NCBI GenBank assembly: GCA_965204035.1
Contig: OZ241964.1
Coordinates: 847,511 to 911,510, forward strand
Reading direction: 5' to 3'
Length of the DNA: 64,000 bases
Source of the DNA: Thermodesulfobacteriota bacterium
Lineage (GTDB): Bacteria; Desulfobacterota_D; UBA1144; Nemesobacterales; Nemesobacteraceae
Below the pieces are notes generated by a model. That model was not told the origin of the DNA. It saw only the letters and a program-made list of their open reading frames with translations, and did not search any database. The translations under genes were made by a program, and so were the position numbers. Shown here piece by piece: positions 1-9,645 of this stretch; the first letter of the stretch is position 1, and every line of letters begins with the position of its first letter.

Positions 1-2
1 TT

Positions 3-1403
3 GATCTTGACGGTTATGAACGGGCTAAGGAAGCCAAGGGCTTTCTTTATGAAGCGGGGCTTAAGGAAGTGGAATCGGCGGTTGAATTTCTTATAAAAAC
101 GGGTTTCTGGAAGAAAGACGATGACCCGGAATCAAAAAAAATCGCTTTTCATTTCAAGCACTCGCAAAGGACGCTTGAGGAGGTGGAAGCTGTTTTGAGC
201 GTCCGGGGAGACTTCGAGGGCCTTACGGACAGGACGGACCTCGAAGTTTTTTCCGTTGACAGTGAAACGACTCAGGACATTGATGACGCCATTTCCTTTG
301 AGGTCCACGAAGACCGGGTCACTCTGGGAGTCCACATCTCGAATGTCGCCCATTTCATGGGCAGGGGATCTTTTCTTGACCAGGGGGCCCTTGAGCGCGC
401 CGAGACGGTTTATTTTCCGGAGGGGCGAGTGGATATGTTTCCCAGAGAGCTTGTGAGCCGGAAACTGAGCCTGACCGCCGGTGACCCTCGGCCCGTGCTC
501 TCCCTTTTCGCCACTTTTAACAAAGAAGACTTCACCTTGATCGATTATCGTTTTGAGGTGACGGTCATAAGGGTTTCGAAAAATCTTACCTACGCCGAAG
601 CTACTGAAATATTACACCAGGAGCAGTGGGGAAAATCCCTTGTCGCCCTCACTGATTCACTCAGAAGCGGGAGAGTGGACAAAGGGGCTTTTATAGTGCA
701 GCTTCCGGAACTCAAGATCAGGGTCAGAGACCAGGGGGAAATATCAATCGCCAAAGACTACATGGATTCCCCTGCCCATAATGTAGTTTCCGAATGCATG
801 ATACTTATGAACCGGCTTTCGGGGGATTTTTTCAGCAAAAACGAAATTCCGGCCCTTTTTCGCTCTCAGACCCAGGAGATTGATCCTGAAGCCAGAGAAC
901 TTGACCCCGAAGACGTTCTTTTTCCCGTAAAGGTAATAAAGCACTTAAAACCCTCTTTTGTTGCCTCCACTCCTGAAATCCACAGGTCTCTGGGGGTTGC
1001 CTGCTATGTTCAGATAACCTCTCCGATCAGAAGGTACATGGATCTTGTCATGCAGCGCCAGCTTATATCCTGGCTCGAGGAGCAAAAGATCTGCTGCTCG
1101 GAGAGCGAGCTTGAAGACACAAACACGCGGGTGAGTCTCGCCACCAGGGAAATAAAAAACGCACAGAGAAGCAGACACAGGTACTGGCTTATCCGCTATC
1201 TTCTGGAAAAAGACATAAAGGGGGCTACGGGCTACGTGAGTTCCAGGGGATATAACGGGTTTAACGTCTATATCCCGGAGTTTCTGGTTGAACTCGCGCT
1301 TTCTAACGCAGGCGGCAGGGTTTTTGACATAGGAAGTGAGCTTTCCCTCTCAATCTGGGGTGTCGACCCTCTTAGAAGAAGGATACGCGTAAGTCCGGCT
1401 TAG
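3..1403 (+). CDS. RNB-domain exoribonuclease (RNase II/R family), 5'-truncated by window edge
   Basis: Frame is open from position 3. It carries the RNB catalytic motif SVDSETTQDIDDAIS and the QITSPIRRYMDL motif. Confidence 0.9.
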   Translation, partial: DLDGYERAKEAKGFLYEAGLKEVESAVEFLIKTGFWKKDDDPESKKIAFHFKHSQRTLEEVEAVLSVRGDFEGLTDRTDLEVFSVDSETTQDIDDAISFEVHEDRVTLGVHISNVAHFMGRGSFLDQGALERAETVYFPEGRVDMFPRELVSRKLSLTAGDPRPVLSLFATFNKEDFTLIDYRFEVTVIRVSKNLTYAEATEILHQEQWGKSLVALTDSLRSGRVDKGAFIVQLPELKIRVRDQGEISIAKDYMDSPAHNVVSECMILMNRLSGDFFSKNEIPALFRSQTQEIDPEARELDPEDVLFPVKVIKHLKPSFVASTPEIHRSLGVACYVQITSPIRRYMDLVMQRQLISWLEEQKICCSESELEDTNTRVSLATREIKNAQRSRHRYWLIRYLLEKDIKGATGYVSSRGYNGFNVYIPEFLVELALSNAGGRVFDIGSELSLSIWGVDPLRRRIRVSPA

Positions 1404-1469
1404 TGTTCTGTGCGCCGGAACCCGGGTTCAGACAAGCATACGCTGTCGGAGCGGGAAAAACTGCTCTCT

Positions 1470-2849
1470 TCAGTGCTTTTTTTCAAGAATTTCGAGAATT
1501 TCTTCAAGCCTTGTGACCTTCACTCTCGGCCTTCCCTGTTTTTCGCCTTCTTTCTTTTCAAACCAGTCAACCCGCAGCCATTCATTGTAGGAAATATGTT
1601 TTTCTTCAAGCAGTTCCTTTATGCTCTCATCCGAGGTGAGTTCGGGACGCAGCGTGTTTCCCCTCTCGATATCCTCGACCATGCAGCTTACGGTTTCGCC
1701 GGAGTCGGACTTGTTCGTACCGATAACTCCGGTCGGTCCGCGTTTTATCCACCCTGTGGTGTAGAGTCCCGTAATCGGATTGCCGCCCGTTTCGTCAAGC
1801 ACTCTTCCTTTTTCGCTGGGGATTACCCCTGAACGGTCATCAAACGGTACGTCCCGAAGAGGTATTCCCCGGTACCCGACGGAGCGAAAAACCAGATCGG
1901 CGGGAATCTCTTCGGTCTCGTCCGTGGGTTTGGGCCGAAGGGATCCGTCATCGGATTTGTAAAGCCTGTTTCTCACGACTTTCACGCTTTTTACCCTGTT
2001 GTCTTCTCCGGCAATAATTTCTATGGGAGAAACCAAGAATCTTATGACTATTTTCTTTGATTTGGAGGGGACCCTTTCGGAAGCTTTTTTTATAAGCTCT
2101 ATTTTCGTCTGGGCTGTCCTGTTCGGTTTACGCTCAAGCTCCTCGAGCGTAAGGGAATCGGGCTCCGCTTCGTCCGCCAGGGTAAGGAGATCCGCGTCCT
2201 CAAGATTCTCAAGTTCCCGCAGTTCCGGGTTAGTGAAAGCCGCCTGCGCGGGGCCTCTTCTTCCAAGCATGTGTATTTCCCTTATTCCGCTTTTGGCCAG
2301 TTCCTCAAGCGCGTAGTCTGCGATATCCGTTTTTTCCATTTCGCTTCTTGTGAGGGAAAGAATTCTCGCCACATCCACCGCGACGTTCCCGACTCCGACT
2401 ATGACGATTCTTTTCCCCGAAAAGTCAAAACCAAGGCCCATGTGATCCGGGTGGGAGTTGTACCAGCCTACAAACTCCGTTGCCGTATGGCTTCCGATTA
2501 TGTCCTCTCCCGGTATTCCCATTTTTCTGTCGGTCTGGGCCCCTGTTGCGAAAATTATCTGGTGGTAACGGCTGCGCAGGTCCTCAAGCGTTACGTGTTT
2601 TCCGAACTCTACAAGTCCGAAAAACCTGAATTTGGGATTGGACGCGATTTTATCATAGACCTTGGCTACGCTCTTTATCTTTTGGTGGTCCGGAGCTACC
2701 CCGCTTCTCACGAGACCGTGGGGGGTCGGAAGTTTCTCGAACATGTCTATGAAGACATGTTCGCCAAGTTTTTTATGCAGGTGTTCGGCTGCGTAGAAAG
2801 CCGCGGGTCCCGATCCAACTATGGCAACTTTTATTTTTTCAAGGCTCAT
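1470..2849 (-). CDS. Ferredoxin/adrenodoxin-NADP+ reductase (FprA-like)
   Basis: VAIVGSGPAAFY FAD motif, GVAPDH, GVGNVAVDVAR NADP motif and GWIKRGPTGVIGTN. Start taken at MSLEKIK. Confidence 0.88.
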   Translation of the reverse strand: MSLEKIKVAIVGSGPAAFYAAEHLHKKLGEHVFIDMFEKLPTPHGLVRSGVAPDHQKIKSVAKVYDKIASNPKFRFFGLVEFGKHVTLEDLRSRYHQIIFATGAQTDRKMGIPGEDIIGSHTATEFVGWYNSHPDHMGLGFDFSGKRIVIVGVGNVAVDVARILSLTRSEMEKTDIADYALEELAKSGIREIHMLGRRGPAQAAFTNPELRELENLEDADLLTLADEAEPDSLTLEELERKPNRTAQTKIELIKKASERVPSKSKKIVIRFLVSPIEIIAGEDNRVKSVKVVRNRLYKSDDGSLRPKPTDETEEIPADLVFRSVGYRGIPLRDVPFDDRSGVIPSEKGRVLDETGGNPITGLYTTGWIKRGPTGVIGTNKSDSGETVSCMVEDIERGNTLRPELTSDESIKELLEEKHISYNEWLRVDWFEKKEGEKQGRPRVKVTRLEEILEILEKKH

Positions 2850-3015
2850 GCCGTGGGAAGTATATATGCAATATTCCATAAATCTATTTCCGAGAAAGCT
2901 TTTTTTTCTTTCTCTTTTAGGTCCTTGGTGGGGGATTCTTAGATGTTCCTTTTTCCGCTAACAGGGTCTGATGCTGGTATAATACTAGTTTATTTGTGTG
3001 TGGCGGAGTGACCCT

Positions 3016-5310
3016 ATGATTGCTAAAGAGCGTACCGAACCGGAGCATTTTCATCTCAAGGTGGTTCATGAGATAAGCGACTTGATCAACAAGTCCGTGG
3101 GCCTTAACACCGTTTTGGGCAGGGTGGTCAGAAAAATATCGTCCTCGCTTAACTACGATGTTGTTTCCATATACGTCTGGGATGACATGAGGGAGGTTCT
3201 CAGTCTCGTTGCCAACAGGGGTCTTCAGGTCAAACCGAAAAGCGATATCTTTCTGCGCTCGGACGAAGGTCTTACCGGAACTGTCTATAAAACGAAGGTT
3301 CCTTTGGTTGCCATGCCGGCTTCGAAGCATCCGAATTACAAGTATTTTCCCAAAATAGGCGAAGAGGAATACGAAAGCTACATGGGCGTACCCATAATGC
3401 TTCACGATGTATGTGTCGGGGTGCTTGTCGGGCAGAACAAAACTCCCATACAGATAACCCCGGCCGAGCAGACTCTTTTTCAGATCATAGCACTGCGACT
3501 TGCCGGGGTTCTTGAAGTCGCAAACACCTTGGATCGGCTGAAACCCCCGTCCATGGTAAAACATGAGACGAGAACCTACCAGGGAAAAGGAGTCTCTGAA
3601 GGAGTGGCCGTGGGGAAGGCGGTTACATTCCGCGGGCTCTTCCGCCGGATGTCCGCTATGGAGAAGACGGTCCGCACTCCAGGAATCGAGAAGAGAAGAG
3701 TTAGAAATTCTATAAAGAATATATCGCAAGACCTTAAAAACACTATCAAAAAAATGGATTCTGAAGGAAAGCTCTCGAAAAACGAAGTGGATATTTTTCG
3801 TTCACATCTGATGATAGTAGATAGTCGCGACATGCAGAAAGGAACTGGCGAACTCATAGATGAAAAGAGGGTTTCGGCCGAGGTTGCGGTGGTTGAGTAT
3901 CTCGAATCCCAGGCATCGCGCTTTGAATCTCTTCCGGATTCCTATATGAGGGAGAGAGCCTACGATTTCAGAGATATAGGTGAGAGGATCCTCCGGGATC
4001 TTACCCGTTCAAAGGACGAGAATATTTCGGCTTCCGCTGACGGAGAGCCCTTGATACTTGTGGCAAGAGAGATAGGCGTTTCTTTTGTCACCGCTGTTGA
4101 AGGGGAGGTGGGGGGAATAGTCCTTGAAAAAGGCGGAGAGACTTCGCACGCGGTCATAATAGCGAAATCGCTTGGGATTCCTGTAGTTGTCGGCATAGAC
4201 AACATCGTGAATCTGGTACATCCCGGGGAGGATATGATAGTTGACGGAAGAAGCGGTTTCATTTTCACGAATCCTGATCAGGTGCTCAAGGATGAATATC
4301 TGTCCATGCACCAAAAAGCCGTTGAGCTCCGCAGCTTCATAGAGACTGAAGCCGAAAAAAGCACCGGCACCGGTCTTGACGTCGAAATAACGGCGAATGT
4401 CGGAATTCCGGCCGATGCCGAGATGGCCAGGCGTTACGGCATCAAGAGTGCTGGGCTGTTCAGGACGGAGTTTGCCTTCGCGCGGTTTAAGAAATGGCCC
4501 AGTGTAAGGTCCCAGCTGAAAATATACAAGGAGATCTCGGCTAATTTTGAGGATGGAGTTACAATCAGGACTCTGGACGTGGGTTCTGACAAGATACTTT
4601 CCTATCTCAACATGCCCAAAGAAGAGAATCCTCTTCTTGGTCTTCGCTCGATCCGCTTTTCAATGGAGTATCTTGATCTTTTCAGGGATCAGGTGAAATC
4701 CATTTTGCTTGCGGCGAAAAAGGGGGGAAATTTCAAGATTCTTCTGCCCATGGTATCAAATGTCTGGGAGGTTGAGACCGCGGCGCAGATAATTGAGGAA
4801 CTGTCTGCCGAAGTCAGTCTTCACCGGCACGATGTACCGAAGCTCGGAATAATGATGGAGGTTCCCGCACTTGCGTATCAGTTCGGTGATTACTCGGACT
4901 TAATAGATTTTGTTTCCATTGGAACAAACGATCTCATACAATATCTGCTCGCGGTGGATAGAAATTCAAACGCGGTCGGGCATCTTTACTCGGCCTTTCA
5001 TCCCTCCGTGGTGAGAATGCTGGATTTTACCAGGGAACAGATCCTCTCAAGCGGAAAGGATCTCTCCATCTGCGGAGAAATAGCGGGAGTTCCTTCCGGT
5101 ACACTCCTGATACTGGCTCTTGGTTACCGTCATCTGAGCGTTTCCCCGCTTCGGTTTCCTTATGTGAAATTTCTTTCGGACAGGCTTTCTGAGCGGATGC
5201 TTGAAGAAATCAGGTCCGATGTATTGCTGCTCTCAAAGGAGTCTGACATAGAGAGGTACTTGAAGGATATCCTTAACTCCATAAACCCGAAGTTGCTCGA
5301 AGTAGAGTAG
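3016..5310 (+). CDS. ptsP: GAF-domain phosphoenolpyruvate-protein phosphotransferase (EI-Ntr type)
   Basis: N-terminal GAF domain, GGETSHAVIIA phospho-His, GLFRTEF, EENPLLGLRSIR, SIGTNDLIQY and ICGE. Confidence 0.92.
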   Translation: MIAKERTEPEHFHLKVVHEISDLINKSVGLNTVLGRVVRKISSSLNYDVVSIYVWDDMREVLSLVANRGLQVKPKSDIFLRSDEGLTGTVYKTKVPLVAMPASKHPNYKYFPKIGEEEYESYMGVPIMLHDVCVGVLVGQNKTPIQITPAEQTLFQIIALRLAGVLEVANTLDRLKPPSMVKHETRTYQGKGVSEGVAVGKAVTFRGLFRRMSAMEKTVRTPGIEKRRVRNSIKNISQDLKNTIKKMDSEGKLSKNEVDIFRSHLMIVDSRDMQKGTGELIDEKRVSAEVAVVEYLESQASRFESLPDSYMRERAYDFRDIGERILRDLTRSKDENISASADGEPLILVAREIGVSFVTAVEGEVGGIVLEKGGETSHAVIIAKSLGIPVVVGIDNIVNLVHPGEDMIVDGRSGFIFTNPDQVLKDEYLSMHQKAVELRSFIETEAEKSTGTGLDVEITANVGIPADAEMARRYGIKSAGLFRTEFAFARFKKWPSVRSQLKIYKEISANFEDGVTIRTLDVGSDKILSYLNMPKEENPLLGLRSIRFSMEYLDLFRDQVKSILLAAKKGGNFKILLPMVSNVWEVETAAQIIEELSAEVSLHRHDVPKLGIMMEVPALAYQFGDYSDLIDFVSIGTNDLIQYLLAVDRNSNAVGHLYSAFHPSVVRMLDFTREQILSSGKDLSICGEIAGVPSGTLLILALGYRHLSVSPLRFPYVKFLSDRLSERMLEEIRSDVLLLSKESDIERYLKDILNSINPKLLEVE

Positions 5311-5312
5311 CC

Positions 5313-6239
5313 ATGATCAAAAGATCTACTCTTATCCCGCTGATACTTTTTATCCTTACGGCGGCCACGACTTTTCTTTCCGGCTACATGATAAGCGGAA
5401 CCTATACGGGAGGCGTTCTTTTCTCGATTTCTCTGGTCGCTATTCTCGGAGCCCATGAAATGGGCCATTACTTTTACGGCAGAAAATACGGCGTTTCCAT
5501 AACTCTTCCCTGGTTTATTCCTGCTCCTCCCTTTCTCTCCCCGATAGGGACGTTCGGGGCGTTTATAAGGATAAAGTCCCGGATACAGGGCCGAAGGGAG
5601 CTTTTCGACATAGGGGTTGCCGGTCCCATAGCCGGAGTGGTGGTAGCTCTTCCGCTCCTGTTTGTCGGACTTCTTTTCTCGGAAGTGGTCGCCTTGGATT
5701 CCCAGAGGCTCTCTGAGATGCAGACGGCCATGTCTCTCGGCAATTCTCTTATATTTGCCCTTTTCTCAAAAATGGCCATCGGGGAGGTCGCCCAGGGGTA
5801 CGAAATTTTGCTGCACCCGGTTGCGTTTGCTGGATGGATAGGTCTTTTCGTAACCGTTTTGAATCTCATGCCCGCGGGGCAGCTTGACGGAGGGCATCTT
5901 GTATACTGCGTCTTCCCGGCGCAGTGGCATAAAGCTATATCGGCCGCTACGGTTATTTTTCTTGCAATAATGGGAGTGGGAACGGTGCCTCTGATGGATT
6001 TTGCGGATTATCTGGGATTGTGGGTGCTTGGCGTTCTTCCCGAGTGGCTTATGTTTGAAGGCTGGGTCGGCTGGCTTTTCTGGGCGATATTGCTTCTGGT
6101 TCTCGGTACATCACATCCGCCGACCATATCAAGTGATGCAGAAATCGGTGCCGGAAGAAAAGCGCTTGCTTTTGCCTCGCTGCTTATTTTTATTTCCTGT
6201 TTTACCCCTGTCCCCATCAGTATCGTGGAATTCGGTTAG
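5313..6239 (+). CDS. Site-2 protease family (M50) membrane metalloprotease
   Basis: HEMGH (HExxH) and NLMPAGQLDGGH motifs, with multiple TM segments. Confidence 0.9.
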   Translation: MIKRSTLIPLILFILTAATTFLSGYMISGTYTGGVLFSISLVAILGAHEMGHYFYGRKYGVSITLPWFIPAPPFLSPIGTFGAFIRIKSRIQGRRELFDIGVAGPIAGVVVALPLLFVGLLFSEVVALDSQRLSEMQTAMSLGNSLIFALFSKMAIGEVAQGYEILLHPVAFAGWIGLFVTVLNLMPAGQLDGGHLVYCVFPAQWHKAISAATVIFLAIMGVGTVPLMDFADYLGLWVLGVLPEWLMFEGWVGWLFWAILLLVLGTSHPPTISSDAEIGAGRKALAFASLLIFISCFTPVPISIVEFG

Positions 6240-6399
6240 GCCGTTTTGCGTTTAGTTAAAAAATCTGTTACAATCACTCCGATCGGTTGGATTGACTCCG
6301 AAGGGTGTTGGAGTGAAAAAGAGGGTGGTTCACATACGGGAATCCGATTCGACCGGTAACTTGATTTAAACAACTTCACTACTGCGAGGAGATTTACAA

Positions 6400-7695
6400 A
6401 TGTCGAAGAACACTTTGTCTGTAACGGATAACAGGACAGGTAAAACATACGAACTTGCTATAGACAACGATACCATAAAAGCCACTGACCTTCGTCAGAT
6501 AAGGGTTAAGGACGAAGATTTTGGCATGATGAGCTATGACCCCGCTTTCGGGAATACGGCTTCGTGCAAAAGCAAGGTTACTTTCATTGACGGAGAAAAG
6601 GGAATCCTGAGATACAGGGGATACCCGATAGAAGAGCTGGCGAAAAAAAGCAACTTCCTGGAAGTCGCTTACCTGCTTATTCACGGTGAACTGCCTAACA
6701 AATCGGAATACAACAGCTGGGTTCACGACATAACGCACCACACCTACGTGCATGAGAACATAAGGAAGCTCATGGATGGATTCCGCTACGACGCGCACCC
6801 GATGGGCATGCTTCTTGCGACCGTCGGAGCCCTCTCGACCTTCTATCCGGACGCAAAGGACATATTCGATACCGATGTGCAGAAGCTTGAGATAAGAAGG
6901 CTCATAGCGAAGACGCCGACCATAGCCGGATTTTCCTACAGGCATATAATGGGTCTTCCATATGTATATCCTGACAACGAACTCAGCTACGCCGGGAATT
7001 TCCTTTCAATGATGTTCAAGATGACCGAGACCAAGTATGAGCCGAATCCGGCGATAGAGAAGGCTATAGATGTTCTTTTCATCCTTCACGCAGACCACGA
7101 GCAGAACTGCAGCGCAAGCGCGATGAGGAACGTCGGAAGCTCCCATCCGGATCCGTACTCCGCGGCCGCCGCGGCGATTGCCGCCCTGTACGGCCCTCTT
7201 CACGGTGGAGCGAACGAGGCGGTGCTTGAAATGCTCGCCGACATAGGTTCGATTGACAGAATTCCGCAGTACATAGAAAGGGCCAAGAAAGGAGAATTCA
7301 GGCTCATGGGCTTCGGGCACAGGGTGTACAAGGCTTACGATCCGAGAGCGGCGATAATAAAGGACATAGCCCACGACGTGTTTGAGGTAACCGGGAAAAA
7401 CCCTCTGCTCGACATAGCGCTTGAGCTTGAGAGAATAGCCCTTGAAGACGACTATTTCGTAAGAAGAAGGCTTTATCCGAACGTTGATTTCTACTCCGGA
7501 CTCATATACCAGAGCATAGGTCTTCCCACGAGCATGTTTACCGTCCTTTTCGCGATAGCGAGGATGGCCGGATGGCTTGCCCAGTGGCTTGAGCTGATGA
7601 ACGATCCCGAAACCAGAATCGCAAGGCCTAGACAGGTTTATCTTGGGGAAGATAACAGAAAATACGTGGCGATGAGCAGAAGGCGCAAGAAGTAA
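6400..7695 (+). CDS. gltA: Citrate synthase
   Basis: HADHEQN, GPLHGGANE, LMGFGHRVYK and YPNVDFYSG motifs; AGGAG RBS upstream. Confidence 0.96.
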   Translation: MSKNTLSVTDNRTGKTYELAIDNDTIKATDLRQIRVKDEDFGMMSYDPAFGNTASCKSKVTFIDGEKGILRYRGYPIEELAKKSNFLEVAYLLIHGELPNKSEYNSWVHDITHHTYVHENIRKLMDGFRYDAHPMGMLLATVGALSTFYPDAKDIFDTDVQKLEIRRLIAKTPTIAGFSYRHIMGLPYVYPDNELSYAGNFLSMMFKMTETKYEPNPAIEKAIDVLFILHADHEQNCSASAMRNVGSSHPDPYSAAAAAIAALYGPLHGGANEAVLEMLADIGSIDRIPQYIERAKKGEFRLMGFGHRVYKAYDPRAAIIKDIAHDVFEVTGKNPLLDIALELERIALEDDYFVRRRLYPNVDFYSGLIYQSIGLPTSMFTVLFAIARMAGWLAQWLELMNDPETRIARPRQVYLGEDNRKYVAMSRRRKK

Positions 7696-7758
7696 CTCTG
7701 TCGGCGCAAAATCACGGCTGAGGAAAAAACGGGGAAGGGGGTGGAGAGACGCTCACGC

Positions 7759-8103
7759 TTAACTTGCCGAGAAGTGTTTTCCTATTATCGTGTTGTAATA
7801 GTAGTCGATCGTGTGCTCGGTGTTGGCTATCAGAATTGAGACGGCTTCGTTGCGGCCTCTCTCCGACAGAATAAATGCTTTCCCGCTGTTCTCACGCGCC
7901 GCTCTTTCCTCAAGCATTTCCAGAAAAGAGTCTTTGAAGGTGTCTCTGTCATCCCGAAGGGCAGCCTCAAGCAGGGCTTCGTCCTGAAGATCGTATTTTT
8001 TCTTTTTTATCTCTTCATGGAGCGCTATTGAGAATTTCTCGAGATCAAGTTCGGGAAAGTTCTCTCTGGCAATCTCTTCAAATACGCGAAACAGTTCTTC
8101 CAT
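7759..8103 (-). CDS. Hypothetical acidic helical protein
   Basis: 114-aa ORF translationally coupled (TAATG overlap) to the upstream M42 peptidase; no motif recognised. Confidence 0.65.
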   Translation of the reverse strand: MEELFRVFEEIARENFPELDLEKFSIALHEEIKKKKYDLQDEALLEAALRDDRDTFKDSFLEMLEERAARENSGKAFILSERGRNEAVSILIANTEHTIDYYYNTIIGKHFSAS

Positions 8104-9161
8104 TATTGCTGCTGGGCACTCTGACTCTGATTTGAGGGACTGAATTTTCCTATATCCCTAAGCAGGCACGATACCAGATCTATAGTATGGTTAATATCGC
8201 TTTTATAGGCGAGGGAGCTCGGGCTGTGAAGATATCTTGTCGGAACTGACAGGACAGCCGCTCTGGTTCCCTTTCCCGTGACCTGCATGGCGGTCGCGTT
8301 TGTGCTGCCCGCCTTTTTTACCGTTACTTGGCAGGGAATTTCGTTTTTCTCCGCGAGTTCCTTTATGAAAAAACTAAACGGCCTGTGCGCCACCAAGTAC
8401 CTGTCGGAAAGCCTGATCTCGGGCCCTTTGCCGATATTGGCAAGGGATTTGCTCTCAGAAACTCCCGGTATGTCCATTGCCACCGTGCCTTCAAGCGCGA
8501 CGGCGAAATCCGGTTCGTAAACCGGCGTTATAACTCGCGCCCCGCGAAGCCCGACTTCTTCCTGCACCGTAAAGGTGACTATGAGATCGCAGCCCGGATT
8601 CGGGGTCTTTCTAAGAGCTTCAATTATTACGAAAAGACCCATCCTGTCATCCAGAGCCTTGGAGATTACCGAATCCTCCGTTTCATCAAGAGAAGTGTCA
8701 AACGACACCACGTCTCCTATTTTTACGAGATCGGTGACTTTGTCTACGCTGAGTCCAAGGTCAATTGCGCAATCCTCGATCTCTGGAACTTCCTTGGCAC
8801 CTCCGCTGGTCCTGGTTACATGGGGTGGAACAGCCGCCACAACACCTTTTAAGGATTTTTTTCCCCATACCACGAGACGCTGTCCGTAAAAAACCCTTGC
8901 GTCCATTCCCCCAAGCGGGGTCACTCTCAAAAACCCCCTGCTGTCTATGTGGTGGACCATGAATCCCACTTCATCCATGTGGGCGTCAAGGACCAGAGTG
9001 GGGCCGTCTCCCGGGATACGGATGATTACGTTTCCCAAAACGTCTTCGGTGATATCCTTTGAGTATTTTCCTGTCTCCTCAAGCAGAATCGCCTTCACCT
9101 TGCCCTCATCCCCGGGTATTCCGGGAGTGTCGCACAGCTTCTTCAGAAGTTCTATATCCAT
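8103..9161 (-). CDS. M42 family aminopeptidase (TET-like)
   Basis: DAHMDEVG, KALDDRMG, VQEEVGLRGA and RYLHS motifs. The real start is MDIELL; the ORF-track extension to 9839 is spurious. Confidence 0.9.
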   Translation of the reverse strand: MDIELLKKLCDTPGIPGDEGKVKAILLEETGKYSKDITEDVLGNVIIRIPGDGPTLVLDAHMDEVGFMVHHIDSRGFLRVTPLGGMDARVFYGQRLVVWGKKSLKGVVAAVPPHVTRTSGGAKEVPEIEDCAIDLGLSVDKVTDLVKIGDVVSFDTSLDETEDSVISKALDDRMGLFVIIEALRKTPNPGCDLIVTFTVQEEVGLRGARVITPVYEPDFAVALEGTVAMDIPGVSESKSLANIGKGPEIRLSDRYLVAHRPFSFFIKELAEKNEIPCQVTVKKAGSTNATAMQVTGKGTRAAVLSVPTRYLHSPSSLAYKSDINHTIDLVSCLLRDIGKFSPSNQSQSAQQQ

Positions 9162-9360
9162 GATGGGCTGATTATAACCAAACGGCCTTCTTTTCCAAAA
9201 CCGCGGAAAGAACCGGGGTTTTTTCGAATCGATTTGTGGAGGATTGCATACAAGTCCTGCACGAACTCGGTTTTGAGTTCCCGTCGTTAACTTCGGTGGA
9301 TAGCGACAGTTGCCATCATGTGCCTTGACGAGGCTCCCGTAATTATAGTAATATGGCACC

Positions 9361-9612
9361 ATGAAGACCACTATTGAACTTCCAGACGCCGTTTTCAGAC
9401 AAGCCAAGGCTCTTGCGGCTAGCCGCGGCATAACTTTGAAGCGGTTTTTCACCGAAGCTCTGCAGGAGCATATTCGTCGTTGCGCAAGCAGAACGGATCC
9501 TCCATGGATGGCCGGATTCGGTGCGCTGTCAGACCTCTCGGACGAGAACCGCCGCATTCTTGGGATAATCGAGGAGAAATTTGAAACGATCTCCCCCGAG
9601 GATGTCGGGTGA
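9361..9612 (+). CDS. Orphan ribbon-helix-helix (VapB/CopG-like) antitoxin
   Basis: MKTTIELPDAVFRQAKALAASRGITLKRFFTEAL is a typical RHH antitoxin N-terminus. No toxin ORF follows. Confidence 0.7.
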   Translation: MKTTIELPDAVFRQAKALAASRGITLKRFFTEALQEHIRRCASRTDPPWMAGFGALSDLSDENRRILGIIEEKFETISPEDVG

Positions 9613-9645
9613 TACGAAAGTGCGAACCAAGGACAGGAGACAGAT

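Noticed and set aside
1404-1469. Weak resemblance among intergenic spacers (1404-1469, 7696-7758, 23420-23490, 53630-53700) suggesting a REP family
   Set aside because: Only short low-complexity matches (GTTTTTCC-like) are shared, with no alignable unit.
6269-6315. Possible structured leader or riboswitch upstream of gltA (CACTCCGA...TTGGAGTG)
   Set aside because: The stem is short, its 5' arm abuts the likely -10 (TACAAT) and probably precedes the TSS, and no known aptamer consensus is present.
9609-9645. GTG ATA overlapping the antitoxin stop as a possible vapC start remnant
   Set aside because: Only two codons fit, which is not enough to call a pseudogene.
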